64,000 nucleotides of DNA from a bacterium (GTDB lineage Bacteria > UBA8248 > JACPRG01 > G963555815). Positions 1 through 11,500 of this stretch are shown piece after piece. Where the stretch lies: assembly GCA_965218795.1 (NCBI GenBank), contig OZ244653.1, positions 2,560,001 through 2,624,000 on the forward strand. The letters run 5' to 3'. The translations under genes and the position numbers were made by a program. Positions within the stretch are counted from its first letter, which is position 1; each line of letters opens with the position of its first letter. Under the pieces are notes generated by a model. The model was not told where the DNA came from, ran no database searches, and saw nothing but the letters and a program-made list of their open reading frames with translations.

Positions 1-2
1 CC

Positions 3-509
3 AACTCAACGACCGGGAGCGCCACGCATCTGGCTGCCATCGCCATGACGAACGCCGCCGGCTGCAAAGTGATCCATCTGCCTTTGGGCATCAAGCGTCG
101 AAACGCGGGGGTGCTGAGCGGAGAAGCCGACGCCATGGCCGCCCCGCTGACGGGCGCCATCCGTCTGGCGCGGGCCGGAAAGTTCCGCATCCTGGCGGTC
201 CCCAGCGAGAAGCGGAACGCGGTCATCCCCGACGTGCCGACCATGAAAGAGATCGGTTATCCCGCAGTCCTTGATCTGTTCAGGGGGTTGAGCGTACCCA
301 AGGGGACCCCCGCCGCGGTGAAGGCCAAATTGGCCGACGCCATGATGAAAGCCGCCAGGTCCCCCGCCTTCATGAAGCTTGCGAAGAAGAAGGGCTTCAC
401 GGTCGAACCAATGGATTCAAACGCCTTCAGCGGATATCTGAACAAAATGGATCAGGATGTCATTGCCATCATGGAGAGCGCCGGAATCTATCAATCCAAG
501 AAGAAGTAG
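3..509 (+). CDS. tctC: Tripartite tricarboxylate transporter substrate-binding protein (Bug/TctC), 5'-truncated by the window edge
   Basis: Frame is open from position 3 (GSATHLA...). C-terminal PDVPTMKEIG and VPKGTPAAV motifs. Precedes tctB/tctA. Confidence 0.85.
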   Translation, partial: NSTTGSATHLAAIAMTNAAGCKVIHLPLGIKRRNAGVLSGEADAMAAPLTGAIRLARAGKFRILAVPSEKRNAVIPDVPTMKEIGYPAVLDLFRGLSVPKGTPAAVKAKLADAMMKAARSPAFMKLAKKKGFTVEPMDSNAFSGYLNKMDQDVIAIMESAGIYQSKKK

Positions 510-600
510 GCAGCCATCCTTCGGGGACCGTTCGGCCGAATCAGCGGCGGGACGGTCCCCAGGCTTCTCCTCTATCACCCATCTCCATCAGGAGCGCCGG

Positions 601-1065
601 ATGCGCACGAAAGAGATGACGGGTGCGCTTATCCTCATCGCGTTCGCCGTCGCGTATGGCCTTCTGACGAGCGGCTTGACCGAACGAACTCTTCCCAACA
701 CGCCGGGGCCATCCTTTCTGCCATGGAATTTGACCGTTTGCCTGCTGGCCCTATCCGCGATTTGGCTGGGTCAGGCCGTCTTCTCCAAGAAGACCGCCGA
801 CTCCGGGAAAAAACCCGCCCGAGAAGGGCCGTCCGGTGCGGCCGTGTGGGTCGGACTGCTGGCCTTCTTGGGCTATCTGACTTTGCTTCCCTACATGGGA
901 TTTCTTGTCTCGACGCCGCCCTTCTTCGGCGTGCTGATGTGGACGTTCGGGGAAAGGCGTCCCGGATCGCTTTGCGCCTATGCCATTGCGCTCCCGCTGT
1001 TCTTTTACGCTTTGTTCAAGATGTTGTTTCAGATCCCGCTTCCCTCCTCGGGACTGATTGGATAG
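601..1065 (+). CDS. tctB: TTT small membrane subunit TctB
   Basis: CAGGAG RBS before ATG 601, GPSFLP motif, about 4 TM helices, C-terminal LFQIPLP. Confidence 0.85.
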   Translation: MRTKEMTGALILIAFAVAYGLLTSGLTERTLPNTPGPSFLPWNLTVCLLALSAIWLGQAVFSKKTADSGKKPAREGPSGAAVWVGLLAFLGYLTLLPYMGFLVSTPPFFGVLMWTFGERRPGSLCAYAIALPLFFYALFKMLFQIPLPSSGLIG

Positions 1066-1080
1066 ACGGAGTCACGCAGG

Positions 1081-2595
1081 ATGAGCCCGGACGTCCTCGC
1101 CGGATTTTTTCAGGCATTTTCTCCAACCAGTCTGGCGGCGGTGGCTTGCGGAGTCGTCATGGGGCTGACGGTGGGCATGCTGCCGGGCATGACCATCAGC
1201 GCGGGAATCATTATCGTCCTGCCTCTGACCTTCGTCCTGAATCCGGTCACGTCGATTGCGCTCCTGCTCGGATTGTATGCGGCAGGAATGGCCGGAGGCA
1301 GTTTCTCGGCCATCCTGTTGAACATCCCCGGAACGCCGTCGGCTTCGGCGACCGCGATCGACGGGTACCCTATGGCCCATCGCGGAGAAGCCGGCCGCGC
1401 GCTGGGGACGGCCATTCTCGCCAGCTTTCTCGGCGGGCTCTTCAGCTCCGTCTGCCTTTTCCTGATTGCCCCCCTGATCGCCGATGTCGCTCTTCGTTTT
1501 CGGGCGGCCGACTTGTTCAGTCTCGTGTTTTTCGGTCTCACGATCATATGCAGCTTTGCGGTTGAATCCGTTGTGAAGGGGTTGTTGTCGGGGCTGATCG
1601 GTCTGATCCTCGTCACTGTGGGGCAGGACCCGGTCATGGGAACGCCGCGCTTCACATTCGGGAACGTGAACCTGCTTTCGGGGATCCAGTTCCTCACAGC
1701 CCTGATCGGTCTGTTTGCAATCCCCCAAATCGCGTCGGAACTCCTTTCGAGGCGCCGCGCCGAAACCTCCAGGAAGCAAATCACGGGGATCGGCAGGCTC
1801 CTGCCCGGGTGGACGGACCTGAAGCGGCTTCGGCTGCCCGTCCCCATCGGTGCGGCGATCGGCACATTCATCGGGAGCCTGCCCGGGGCCGGAGGGCCTA
1901 TCGCCGCGTTCATCAGCTACGACTATACGAAAAAGCTGAGCAAAGACCCCGACCAATTTGGAACGGGATGCGTGGAAGGGATCGCCGCGCCCGAATCCGC
2001 AAACAATGCCGTTTGCGGCGGAGCGCTCATCCCCATGATGACCCTGGGCATTCCAGGCGATCCCGTGACTGCGATTTTGATCGGGGCGCTGCTTGTCCAC
2101 GGGTTGGCCCCCGGCCCTCTCCTCTTCATGGAGCAGGGGGATTTCGCCTACTCCATCATTATTCTGTTCTTCGTTGCGAACATCTTCACGCTCATCGTTG
2201 CTCTGGCGGGCGCGCGGCTTCTGGTCAAGGTCATCGACCTTCCCAAGCGAATTCTCATGCCGACCATTGCCGTTCTCTGCGTCATCGGAAGTTACGCGCT
2301 GCGGAATTCTTTCTTCGATACCTTTGTAATGTTCGGGTTCGGAATTCTGGGCATCGCCCTGCGGTCGCTGAATATCCCGGTCGTCCCCCTGCTGCTGGCT
2401 TTGGTCCTGGGGCGTCAGATGGAGGAGCACCTCCGCGTCGCCCTCACCGGCTCCAAGGGAGACATCTCGATCTTTTTCACGTCGCCCATCAGCCTGAGCT
2501 TTCTGGTTCTCTCCGTCCTTTCGATCCTCTGGCCATTTGCGGCCGAGGCGCGCAAACGGAAAAGGCGAGGCCCATTGAATCGAGGAGAAAGATGA
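1081..2595 (+). CDS. tctA: TTT large permease TctA
   Basis: GMLPG, NIPGTPSASATAIDGYPM, GIAAPESANNA and LGIPGD motifs. 504 aa, hydrophobic. Confidence 0.95.
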   Translation: MSPDVLAGFFQAFSPTSLAAVACGVVMGLTVGMLPGMTISAGIIIVLPLTFVLNPVTSIALLLGLYAAGMAGGSFSAILLNIPGTPSASATAIDGYPMAHRGEAGRALGTAILASFLGGLFSSVCLFLIAPLIADVALRFRAADLFSLVFFGLTIICSFAVESVVKGLLSGLIGLILVTVGQDPVMGTPRFTFGNVNLLSGIQFLTALIGLFAIPQIASELLSRRRAETSRKQITGIGRLLPGWTDLKRLRLPVPIGAAIGTFIGSLPGAGGPIAAFISYDYTKKLSKDPDQFGTGCVEGIAAPESANNAVCGGALIPMMTLGIPGDPVTAILIGALLVHGLAPGPLLFMEQGDFAYSIIILFFVANIFTLIVALAGARLLVKVIDLPKRILMPTIAVLCVIGSYALRNSFFDTFVMFGFGILGIALRSLNIPVVPLLLALVLGRQMEEHLRVALTGSKGDISIFFTSPISLSFLVLSVLSILWPFAAEARKRKRRGPLNRGER

Positions 2596-3608
2596 TGAAC
2601 GCCGATCCGGTCCGCGTCGCCTGCATTGGAATGGGATGGTGGTCCGATGCGCTGGCCGACGCCATCCAGCGATCCGGAAAACTCCAGATCGTGCGCTGTT
2701 ACACCCGGACCGAGGAGAAACGCGCCGCCTTCGCAAAGAAGTACAATTGCGAAGCTGCGGCCTCATTGGGGGAGATCCTCGACGACCCCTCCGTGGAGGC
2801 CCTGATCAACACCACGCCCAACAACGTTCATCTGGAGACCTGCGCGGCGGCGGCGAAGGCGGGGAAACACGTGTTCGTCGACAAGCCCATCGCCAATACC
2901 CTGGCGGACGGCCGCGCGATCGTCCGGGCCTGCCGGGAAGGGGGCGTGCTCCTCGCCGTCGGCTATCAGCGGCGGCGGGAAAACCATTTCCGCTGGATCC
3001 GCGGGGTCATCGAGGAGGGTCGCTTTGGAACCCTGTCTCAGGCGGAAGCCAATATCGCCCGGCACCGGATGGGGAGGTTCGATTCGACCTCCTGGCGCCA
3101 CCAGGCTTCAGAGATGCCGGGCGGCGTCATGCTTCAGATCGGGCTCCATTACGTGGACGTGCTCGAGTACCTCATCGGGCCGGTCAAAGCCGTCAACGGC
3201 GCGATCCAGCACTTGGTGATGGAAGGCGAAAACCCGGACGTCGCATCCCTTCAGATGGAACATGAAAACGGGGTCCTCTCCAACCTCCTCGCCTGCTACT
3301 GCGCCTCGGATGAGCTGTACACCTTCAATGTGTATGGAACGGACGCTACGGCTTATTTCAACCTTCAGGAAGGCTTGCGCTTTCTCCCTCGGGGTCAAAC
3401 CGAACTGGAACGGGTGCAGTGCGAGGAAAACGATACCCTCGTGGAAGAACTGGAGGAGTTCGCCGCCTGCGCGCGAGGGAACGGACAGCCGGAAATGGAC
3501 GGGGGGAAATCCCTGACCTCCCTGGCCGTGATTCGGGCGGGGATCAAATCGGCCGCCGAAGGGCGGCGCGTGTCGATCGGAGAGATCCTGGGCTCGGACG
3601 ACGAATGA
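2592..3608 (+). CDS. Gfo/Idh/MocA family oxidoreductase
   Basis: ACIGMGWW, TTPNNVH, AGKHVFVDKP, GYQRR, GGVMLQIGLHYVD. ATGA overlap with the tctA stop. Confidence 0.9.
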   Translation: MMNADPVRVACIGMGWWSDALADAIQRSGKLQIVRCYTRTEEKRAAFAKKYNCEAAASLGEILDDPSVEALINTTPNNVHLETCAAAAKAGKHVFVDKPIANTLADGRAIVRACREGGVLLAVGYQRRRENHFRWIRGVIEEGRFGTLSQAEANIARHRMGRFDSTSWRHQASEMPGGVMLQIGLHYVDVLEYLIGPVKAVNGAIQHLVMEGENPDVASLQMEHENGVLSNLLACYCASDELYTFNVYGTDATAYFNLQEGLRFLPRGQTELERVQCEENDTLVEELEEFAACARGNGQPEMDGGKSLTSLAVIRAGIKSAAEGRRVSIGEILGSDDE

Positions 3609-3659
3609 TCTCTCGGAGAAATCCGGAGTGCCGGGGCGGTCGATTCAAGACTCTTGCGC

Positions 3660-3872
3660 CACCCGCGCGCCATGCCCAGGTCGTTCGGAATCGCATGAAA
3701 CGCTGGAACGACAAGCAGCACCGGAATCGAGGACGCCGGCAACCCAAAGGCGAGACTCGCCAACAACGGGATCAGCGTCCGGGCTTGAAGGCTTCGCTCG
3801 GTCAGAAGCGGCAGCATCCCCATGATGGGGGTCAACGTCGTGAAAAGCATGGCGCGGAAGCGGTCCCGGCTG
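3660..3872 (-). pseudogene. Fragment of an RND (AcrB-type) efflux transporter C-terminus
   Basis: RDRFRAMLFTTLTPIMGMLPLLTERSLQARTLIPLLASLAFGL...LLVVPAFHAI resembles the last two TM helices of RND permeases. No start codon or upstream body. Confidence 0.7.
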
Positions 3873-4129
3873 ACGGAACGGGATTCGTTCGGGTGTTTCG
3901 CGGCCGCTGCTCCGGCAGGCGGCAAACCCTGCCCGAGCAATATCAATGGAACAATCAGGGGCTTTTCGGGACGCTCAACCGTATGGGGAGCCGCCATGTC
4001 CGTCCATCCCCGCTGATCGAATCCACCGCTCGTCAGGCCGTTCCAGTTGACGCGGGATGGATCCATCGGATCCGCCGGCAATCGTTTCACGAATCTCGCA
4101 GTACGATGCATCGAAAAGGAGGCCGACAA

Positions 4130-4471
4130 ATGCCGCTCATTCATTGGAACGAGATCGAAGAGATGAACATGGAGAATACGGCGCGGGCCCGGGTCGTGCG
4201 AACAGATCAGGTGATGGCGTGCCGGATCGTCGCTCCCGGAGGGATTCGGACGGAGACGCACACCCACCCCTTTGATCAAATCACCCATATGATGCGTGGC
4301 AAACTGAAGTTCCATCTGGGGGATGAGGATTATAAGATAGTCCGTCCGGGGGACGTCCTGGTGGTTCCGGCGGGAACGCCCCACGGAGGCGAGGTGCTTG
4401 AAAGAGCCGAATATATCGATTTCTTTTCGGCTTTGAATCCAATGTTTTCCCCCAATGCCACGAACCCCTGA
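4130..4471 (+). CDS. Cupin domain protein
   Basis: AAGGAGG RBS, HTHPFDQ and PGDVLVVPAGTPHG cupin motifs. Confidence 0.85.
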   Translation: MPLIHWNEIEEMNMENTARARVVRTDQVMACRIVAPGGIRTETHTHPFDQITHMMRGKLKFHLGDEDYKIVRPGDVLVVPAGTPHGGEVLERAEYIDFFSALNPMFSPNATNP

Positions 4472-4518
4472 TATGCGGCATGCCCGCATCCATCAGGGCA
4501 AGGACCGGGAGAGCCGAC

Positions 4519-5289
4519 ATGGCCTATCATTTACGAATCATTCACTACGGGGATCAGGGGTTTCCGGGTTCGGCGTTCTTCCATCTCAGCCGATTCGGCG
4601 AGATCTTGAACATTCCCTTCTACTTCTGGGTCGCGCAAGGGGAAGGCCGGACCATCCTGATCGACACCGGGGTCAGTTCGGAGCAGGCAGCCGTCGAGAG
4701 TGAAAACACCGTCGCGCGATTTGGGGAAGAGTGCTCATGGAACGTTCCGCCTGAAAAAGATCCCGTCAAACAGTTGGGGGAACTGGGGATCACGCCCGAT
4801 ACGGTCGACGCGATCATATTCACTCATCTGCATCCCGATCACTCCGCCAACCTCCCGGCATTCCCGAAGCCTCAGCTCATCATGGCGCGGCGGGCATGGG
4901 AGGCCATTCATGCCCCCGCCCATCCCGCCCTCATCAAACCGGGGATGTACCCCGACTATGTCATGGAAGAGCTTGAACGGGAACTGGGCAAGCGATTTCG
5001 CCTTGTAGAGGACGGCGAGGACGTATTCCCCGGGATTCGCTGCTACCGTGTCGGAGGCCACAGCCCGGATTTGACTGTTGTCACGGTGGAAACGTCCGAG
5101 GGCGAGGTCGTGATTGCAAGCGATGCCGCTGTTCATTATGAAAGTTTGGATTTGAACTGGCCAACGGCCAGTTTCAACATGGCGGACTCACTGTACGCTT
5201 TGGACTTCATCAGAGGCAGAGGGGGCATCGTGCTCCCGGGTCACGATTGGGACGTTCTCAAACGGCACCCCTCAGGCGTCATTGGGTGA
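4519..5289 (+). CDS. MBL-fold hydrolase, N-acyl-homoserine lactonase-like
   Basis: ILIDTG, THLHPDH, GGHS, ASDA, PGHD. Confidence 0.85.
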   Translation: MAYHLRIIHYGDQGFPGSAFFHLSRFGEILNIPFYFWVAQGEGRTILIDTGVSSEQAAVESENTVARFGEECSWNVPPEKDPVKQLGELGITPDTVDAIIFTHLHPDHSANLPAFPKPQLIMARRAWEAIHAPAHPALIKPGMYPDYVMEELERELGKRFRLVEDGEDVFPGIRCYRVGGHSPDLTVVTVETSEGEVVIASDAAVHYESLDLNWPTASFNMADSLYALDFIRGRGGIVLPGHDWDVLKRHPSGVIG

Positions 5290-6158
5290 TTGCTTGATTG
5301 TGGAAACAAAAGGCAGCACCTATGGACGACAGGGGCTTCCCGGTTCGGACAACGGATGATTGACGGGTTTCGTCAAGGCCGACATAGACGCGAATACGAA
5401 TTTTTCCCGAACCCCGCCCACTGACACATAGACGGAAGCATGGGTTTTGCCTATTTTCGAGAAAATGAATTCTTTGAATCAGGCCCATAAAATGAAAGAA
5501 TAACAGTTCTATTTACAATTTCAACGCGAGTCATCGTAAATAGCACTTCCCCTCACTCCCACATTCGTCAGCGTCCGTTGCTACTGACCTGCCTGCTTCT
5601 TCCACTTCGCAAGTAGGGCTTGCTGCTGATCTTTGGACAGATTCGTGAACGCCTGTTCGGCCTTTTTCTCTGCCTTCTCCGGGTCGATTACACTCTCACG
5701 CTGGCGTCGGACGCGATGTCCGTACTTGTAATCACGCCATCGCGTATCAAAGTGAGAAGCCCAATAATCGGACCCTCACCTTCTACAGAAGCTGGAAAGT
5801 AGTACGTAGTATAGTTCGTCACTTCCTTCTGATTCACTTGGCATTTCCATACTTGATACCCGGGCCACTGTCCACAAGATCGTGGTTCTCCGGGGGCCGC
5901 TCAGCTTCGTATGCCTTGTTTGCCGCTTCGACTAATTTTAGAATCTGTTCTGAATTCATCTTTTTCTCTCCTCTCTGTTGGGGAGGCGGTCTGGTCAAGA
6001 GTTGGCCATCAGACTGAGGGCTTTCCGCCAAATATCTGCAAGCGATCCAGAAACCGTACTCGCTCTCCGAACTCCTCCAAAGCGTTCGGCGGATGCTTGA
6101 TCGCCGCCGAGCCCTTCCCCCTGGAATCCCAGCCGCAGCTTCGCCTTCGTCACCCTGG

Positions 6159-8228
6159 TCAAGCGTCCAGCAGCTTCGAGAACTCCTCCAGGTCGTCGGT
6201 GGGCGCCTGGCATGTATAGTTCTCACAGAGATAGGCCGTCGCCCGTCCGTTCAATTGGCTCTTTCCGGCCAGCAGGGGAACCTCCTGTCCGACGGTCTCG
6301 AGGTCAGCGTTGGGGTCCATGAGGGCAACCACCTGATTCGGCCGAAACCGCCGCCGAACCGCTCGCAAAAGAACCCGCGTGTCTTCCGCATCGGACGCTC
6401 CGACGATGGCCACCTCTTGCGGGGTGTCCAGATAGAAATCCAGCGCAACGAAGAAGCGGGAGAAACCTGCCGGGACTTTCTCCATCATCGTCCTGAAGAC
6501 GCGGAAAAGATCGACACCCTTGGCCCGGAATTCGGCCTCACCCGTCAGCACCGCCAGCCGGAGAAGCGTTTCCGTCGCGACGGCGTTCCCTGAGGGGATG
6601 GCCCCATCCAGACCGCTCCTGGCCCTCGTCAACAGCTGCTCGTGGTTCTTTCCGGTGAAATAGAAGCCGCCCTCCTCTTCGTCCCAGAAATATTCAATCA
6701 GGACATTCATCCATCGCTTGGCCTCGCCGAGCCAGCGGGTATCGAAGGTCGTCTCGTACAAATCGGTGAAGCCGGCGGAGAGGAAGGCGTAGTCGTCAAG
6801 ATAGGCGTTGAGCCGGCTTCGGCCTTCCCGGTGGGTCGCCAGAAGCAATCCGTCCCGGCACATCTCGGAAAGAATGAAATCCGCAGCCCGACCGGCGGCT
6901 TCGGCGTAGGCCGGATCGTCCAACACCTGAGACCCTTTGGCCATCGCGGAAACCATCAACCCATTCCAACTGGTCAGGATCTTGTCGTCGAGGCCGGGCT
7001 TCACCCTGCCCTCACGAATTTTGAACATTTCCTTCTTTGCCGAGACGAGAAGCCTCCCGGCAGCCTCCGGTTCCATCCCGAGTTCCCGCGCGATTTCTTC
7101 CAGGGACCGATTGACATGGAGGGCGCTGGTTCCATGCTCAAAATTTCCCGCATCCGTTACATTGAAATACCGGCAGAAGACACGCGCGGCGTCTTCATCG
7201 AGATGCTCCCGTATCTCTTCCGGCCGCCAGACGAAGAACTTCCCTTCGACGCCTTCGCTGTCCGCGTCCTGAGTGGAGTAAAAAGGCCCGCGGGGATCCT
7301 GCATCTCTCGCAGGATGTAATCCAGCGTTTCCCGGGCCACGTCGGCATAGAATTCATTGCCTGTCGCCTGATACGCTTCCAGGTAGACGGGCGTGAGCAG
7401 GGCGTTATCGTAGAGCATCTTTTCGAAGTGGGGGATGAGCCACTGATCGTCGGTCGAGTAGCGGTGAAACCCGCCTCCGAGCTGATCGTACATCCCCCCC
7501 CGCGCCATATGCTGAAGCGTCTTTTCCACCATCTGGAGAAGCGTTTCTCTTCCGGTCTTTCTCCAGGCGCGAAGCAGCAGGGACAGGCTTCCGCTCGGCG
7601 GAAATTTCGGCGCGTTTCCGAACCCGCCATACCTTTCCTCGAATCGACCCTCCAGCTCCCTCACGGCGTTTCGAATCAAATCGTCGGTGAGCAGGTCGGA
7701 AGAAGGATGGACCCGCGACATCTGCTGCAGATTTTGCATGATCTGTTCACCGCTCTGACGGATATGATCCTTCCGGTCCCGATAGGCCTCCGCAAGGGCC
7801 TGGAGAAGCCCCTTGAAGCCGGACCGCCCGTAGCGGTCATCCGGCGGAAAGTAAGTCCCTCCATAGAATGGGCGCAGGTCCGGGGATAGAAAGACCGTCA
7901 TAGGCCAACCTCCCTGCCCGGTCATCATCTGAACGGCGTGCATGTAGATGTCGTCCAGATCCGGCCGCTCTTCCCGGTCCACCTTGATATTGACGAAGTG
8001 CTCGTTCATGACTGCGGCAATCTCGTCATTTTCGAACGATTCCCGCTCCATCACGTGGCACCAGTGGCACGCGGAATAGCCGATGCTCAGGAGGATGGGC
8101 CTGTCTTCGTCCCGCGACCGTCCAATGGCTTCATCACCCCAGGGGTACCAATCCACCGGATTATGGGCGTGCTGCAGAAGGTACGGGCTTGTTTCCCGGC
8201 TGAGACGGTTGGTCGATTTTTCACTCAT
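6159..8228 (-). CDS. Thioredoxin-domain protein, YyaL/DUF255 family
   Basis: [47 protein letters not shown]. Confidence 0.93.
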   Translation of the reverse strand: MSEKSTNRLSRETSPYLLQHAHNPVDWYPWGDEAIGRSRDEDRPILLSIGYSACHWCHVMERESFENDEIAAVMNEHFVNIKVDREERPDLDDIYMHAVQMMTGQGGWPMTVFLSPDLRPFYGGTYFPPDDRYGRSGFKGLLQALAEAYRDRKDHIRQSGEQIMQNLQQMSRVHPSSDLLTDDLIRNAVRELEGRFEERYGGFGNAPKFPPSGSLSLLLRAWRKTGRETLLQMVEKTLQHMARGGMYDQLGGGFHRYSTDDQWLIPHFEKMLYDNALLTPVYLEAYQATGNEFYADVARETLDYILREMQDPRGPFYSTQDADSEGVEGKFFVWRPEEIREHLDEDAARVFCRYFNVTDAGNFEHGTSALHVNRSLEEIARELGMEPEAAGRLLVSAKKEMFKIREGRVKPGLDDKILTSWNGLMVSAMAKGSQVLDDPAYAEAAGRAADFILSEMCRDGLLLATHREGRSRLNAYLDDYAFLSAGFTDLYETTFDTRWLGEAKRWMNVLIEYFWDEEEGGFYFTGKNHEQLLTRARSGLDGAIPSGNAVATETLLRLAVLTGEAEFRAKGVDLFRVFRTMMEKVPAGFSRFFVALDFYLDTPQEVAIVGASDAEDTRVLLRAVRRRFRPNQVVALMDPNADLETVGQEVPLLAGKSQLNGRATAYLCENYTCQAPTDDLEEFSKLLDA

Positions 8229-8535
8229 CGGAAACTCTACTCCCATTGAATGCGGAAGGCGTGAACAGACAGTGAGGGGGGTTCGCAGGCCGTTGGACGC
8301 CTGCCGTCTCCCTTATTTCCTATGTTAGCTGGAAACTTCGAATCGGCGAAATTTCAAATTCAATGAAATGGAATAACCGCGGGAGGGTCAGGGCGCGTCG
8401 GGTGGGAGAACTTAACGCCGAAGGGCGTCCGCATCGCCCGTCCGTTCCGCACAAAGGCTCGGGCGGCAGAAACCGTTGCAATCTCCACGGTTAGCCCGAG
8501 CCGTGCTCGAGCGGCAACGCCCGCTTCTAGGATGA

Positions 8536-11500
8536 TCAGTCCCAAAGCCAGTCCAGATCCGAGAATGCGAGCGCCTGATCGAAGTTCTCGATGTTGTCCT
8601 CGACATTGAGAATAAGGCATCGCTCATTGCCGCCGTTCTTCACGCCGCGCAAGCCTCTGCCGATCATCTGGAAATAGAGATTCGGACTGTAGACCGGCCG
8701 CGCCACGATGATGGCGCGAGTCTTAGGGGCGTCGAATCCCTCCCGGAATACGGCGTAGTTCACGAGCGCCTTGATCTCACCGCGCCGGAATTCCTCGACC
8801 ACTCGTCGGCGGGTCGCCGTCTCCGTCTCTCCGCTCACGGCCCTTGACTTGATGCCCTTCGCATTCAGAAGCGCCGCTACGGTCTGCGCGTGCTCGACCG
8901 ATGTCGCGAAGATGAGAGTAGGCCAACTCGGATCGACATAGGTTTCATACGCTTCGATGATACGCCTGGTGCGCTCGCGGTCCCCCGCGATGCGGTTTTC
9001 CACGCTCTGAGGAAGCCAGGGCGTGCGTTCCATTCCCTGTAATTCGCCGGCGTACAGGTGAAACACGCCGCCTTCGATAGTTTCGTGATCGGCGCGTGCG
9101 AGCACACGCATGTCTTGCAACTCGCCAATGACATCCTGAGGGTCGTCACTCCCAAACGCTTCGGCATCAAGCCGGTTACTGCCGTAACGTCTGGCCAACC
9201 AAGCGGTTTCTTCCTCGTTGTATCCACGATAGGGCGTTGCGGTGAGGCCGATCAGAAATGGCTCGTCGGCTGTCTGCCGGCGGGTCAAGCCGATTTCCTG
9301 CATGACTGAGGTAAAGGTCGGAGCAATAGATCGATGCGCCTCGTCGAAAACGACGAGCTTGAAGTCGGTCAGAAAACCATACCCGTCGGGCGAGTTCGAG
9401 AGTTTGGCGTTGAGCGTCTGGATTGTCGCGACAACGACATGGAGGTCGTTTGTCGGTAGCGGTCTCTGCTGTCCGGCCCACATCCTGGAGATGCGAAGCT
9501 GCGCTGTCTCGGCGCCGATGCTCGACCATACTTGCCGCCATGCCTCGACCGCCTGTTCGCACAGTTCGTCGCGGTCCGCGACCCAGAGGACCCCGCCGCG
9601 GAAGCCGTCGTCTCGCATAACCTCGACGATCGCCTGCACGGCGACGCGGGTCTTGCCCGATCCGGTCGGCATGCTGATCATCCCGCGCCGTTCGGCGCCG
9701 TTTGCGCGCCCGTTGTCGAGCATGTTCCGCACCTTGGTGACGATGGTCTCCTGGTAGTCGTGGAGTTCCGGGAGCGAGTACGGGCCTTCGACTTCCAGAA
9801 AGGGGTCGCGCTTCCTGTCCCGCTCTCCGGCCCATTCGGCGGAGAATCCGAGTAAGCGGACGAAATCAACAGCCCGCGCCGACCCGGCCCAACGTGTTGG
9901 CGGATCCAGGCGGTCCAGCACCCGCCGATACTGTCTGAGAGCGTCCGAGTGGTACGTGGCGATGGCGGCCTCGGCGATCTGGACGCCTGTCAGCGCAACG
10001 CCTTCGGCCTCGAGTATGGCAAGTAGCGAACGCGGCAGGTCACGGCGGAGCGCATCTTCTCCTACAGCGGCCAGGAGACGCTCGGCATCCGTCGAACATT
10101 CCCTTACGGCGGCGCGTCGTTCTTCGATTTCCTGCCGCGTCTCGCGTTGCAGTATCTTCTCAAGCTGACGTTCAACAAGATTCAGCTCCAGACCGTCGGA
10201 GACGAGCCGCAGTTCATGGCGGGCGTCATCGTTGTCCGTGCGGGCGAGATAAATGTTCGGAAACGTGAAAACGCACTCCGACTCGACGCTGCCGACAAGG
10301 ATTCTTTCACAGTGTATGAGTTGGCATGTCTTCCGATGCGCCGGAAGATGCTCTTCCAATCCCGGCCAGACGTCGGTCAAGGGGACCGGATCCTCTTCGC
10401 CGATGAATTCCGGCATCGGTTCCGCCAGATCGAATGCCTCTTTGATCCTGTCGGCCTTCGGGTGGGACAGCAATGCGTGCAGGGCTGACGGGCTTTTCGG
10501 CTGCGGCCCGAGCGCATCCTCGAACGGAACGATACCGTCGGGGGTTCGGATCCGACCGTGTTTTCGGAGCATGTGAATCGCTGGCGACTCGCAGGGCATC
10601 TTTTGGTAACTCTGCTGATTCGTACCCGTATGCTGCATCATCCACTTCTCGTAAGTGGCATCGAGGTTCAGCAGCGCATCGGTGTAGAGCACTTTGCCTT
10701 CGTCGGAAAGAACGGATAAGACTTCCAGTGGACCGACACCCTTGACCGAGGTAAATCCCAGATAACTCCATTGTGGAATATGAGGTAAACCATCCTGTTC
10801 ACGAAATCGGAGGCGACACGGGTGCCTGAATGAATGGAACCAAGGCTCCGAGGATAGGTCACGGCTATCTTGCGGTTCATCCGTCACGCCGAGCTTGCGC
10901 AGCAATTCAAGATCGGGTTCATGGAAGTCCGTGTCCACGGTGGTATCGTCGTCCCGGATCCTATCGCCGGGCACGATGTCGCCCGGCAAAAGCACGGAGT
11001 GAAGCGGCCGCCAGTCGCCGGACCGTGTTCGGACGCGGAGTTTTTCTAGCCAGAGTTCTCGACTTCGCCAATCTTTGTGTTCTCGAATGAGGGCACCTGC
11101 CGTCTGCGCCTCTAACTTACGTGCTGATATCCAAAATTTTTCAAGGAGGCCGGCTTCCGGTTCTCCGTCACCATCCAGCACGCGCTGCGCGATGAGCTTG
11201 AAACTGCTTTCGAGCGAAGGCGGCTTGATCCCGAGCTTCTTCAAGGCCGTGAGAGTGTCGCTATCCGATACGAGTTGGGGGTGTACGAATGAATCCGGGA
11301 TCAGAGCGTGTCCGCCATCCAGCGCCTCGTCAGGCAGGAAGACACGCTCGGGATCCGGTGTTTGCCAGTCACCGCATGCCGTCAGAACAATGTCCCCAAG
11401 GTTTTTCCCCGACCTTGCCTCAGGCGATATGAGCGCCGCCGTCTGGATTGCGGCCATGGAAGCGTCAACGGCGGCGTCCGACTCCTGTTCCGTCACAAGC

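Noticed and set aside
1072-2766. Long antisense and alternative-frame ORFs (also 24860-26203, 26280-28208, 39625-41025, 45133-46548)
   Set aside because: Shadow ORFs of high-GC genes with no recognisable motifs.
8409-8496. Possible attC site (ACTTAAC...GTTAGCC) beside the helicase gene
   Set aside because: L boxes and overall arm complementarity are lacking, and there is no integron integrase in the window.
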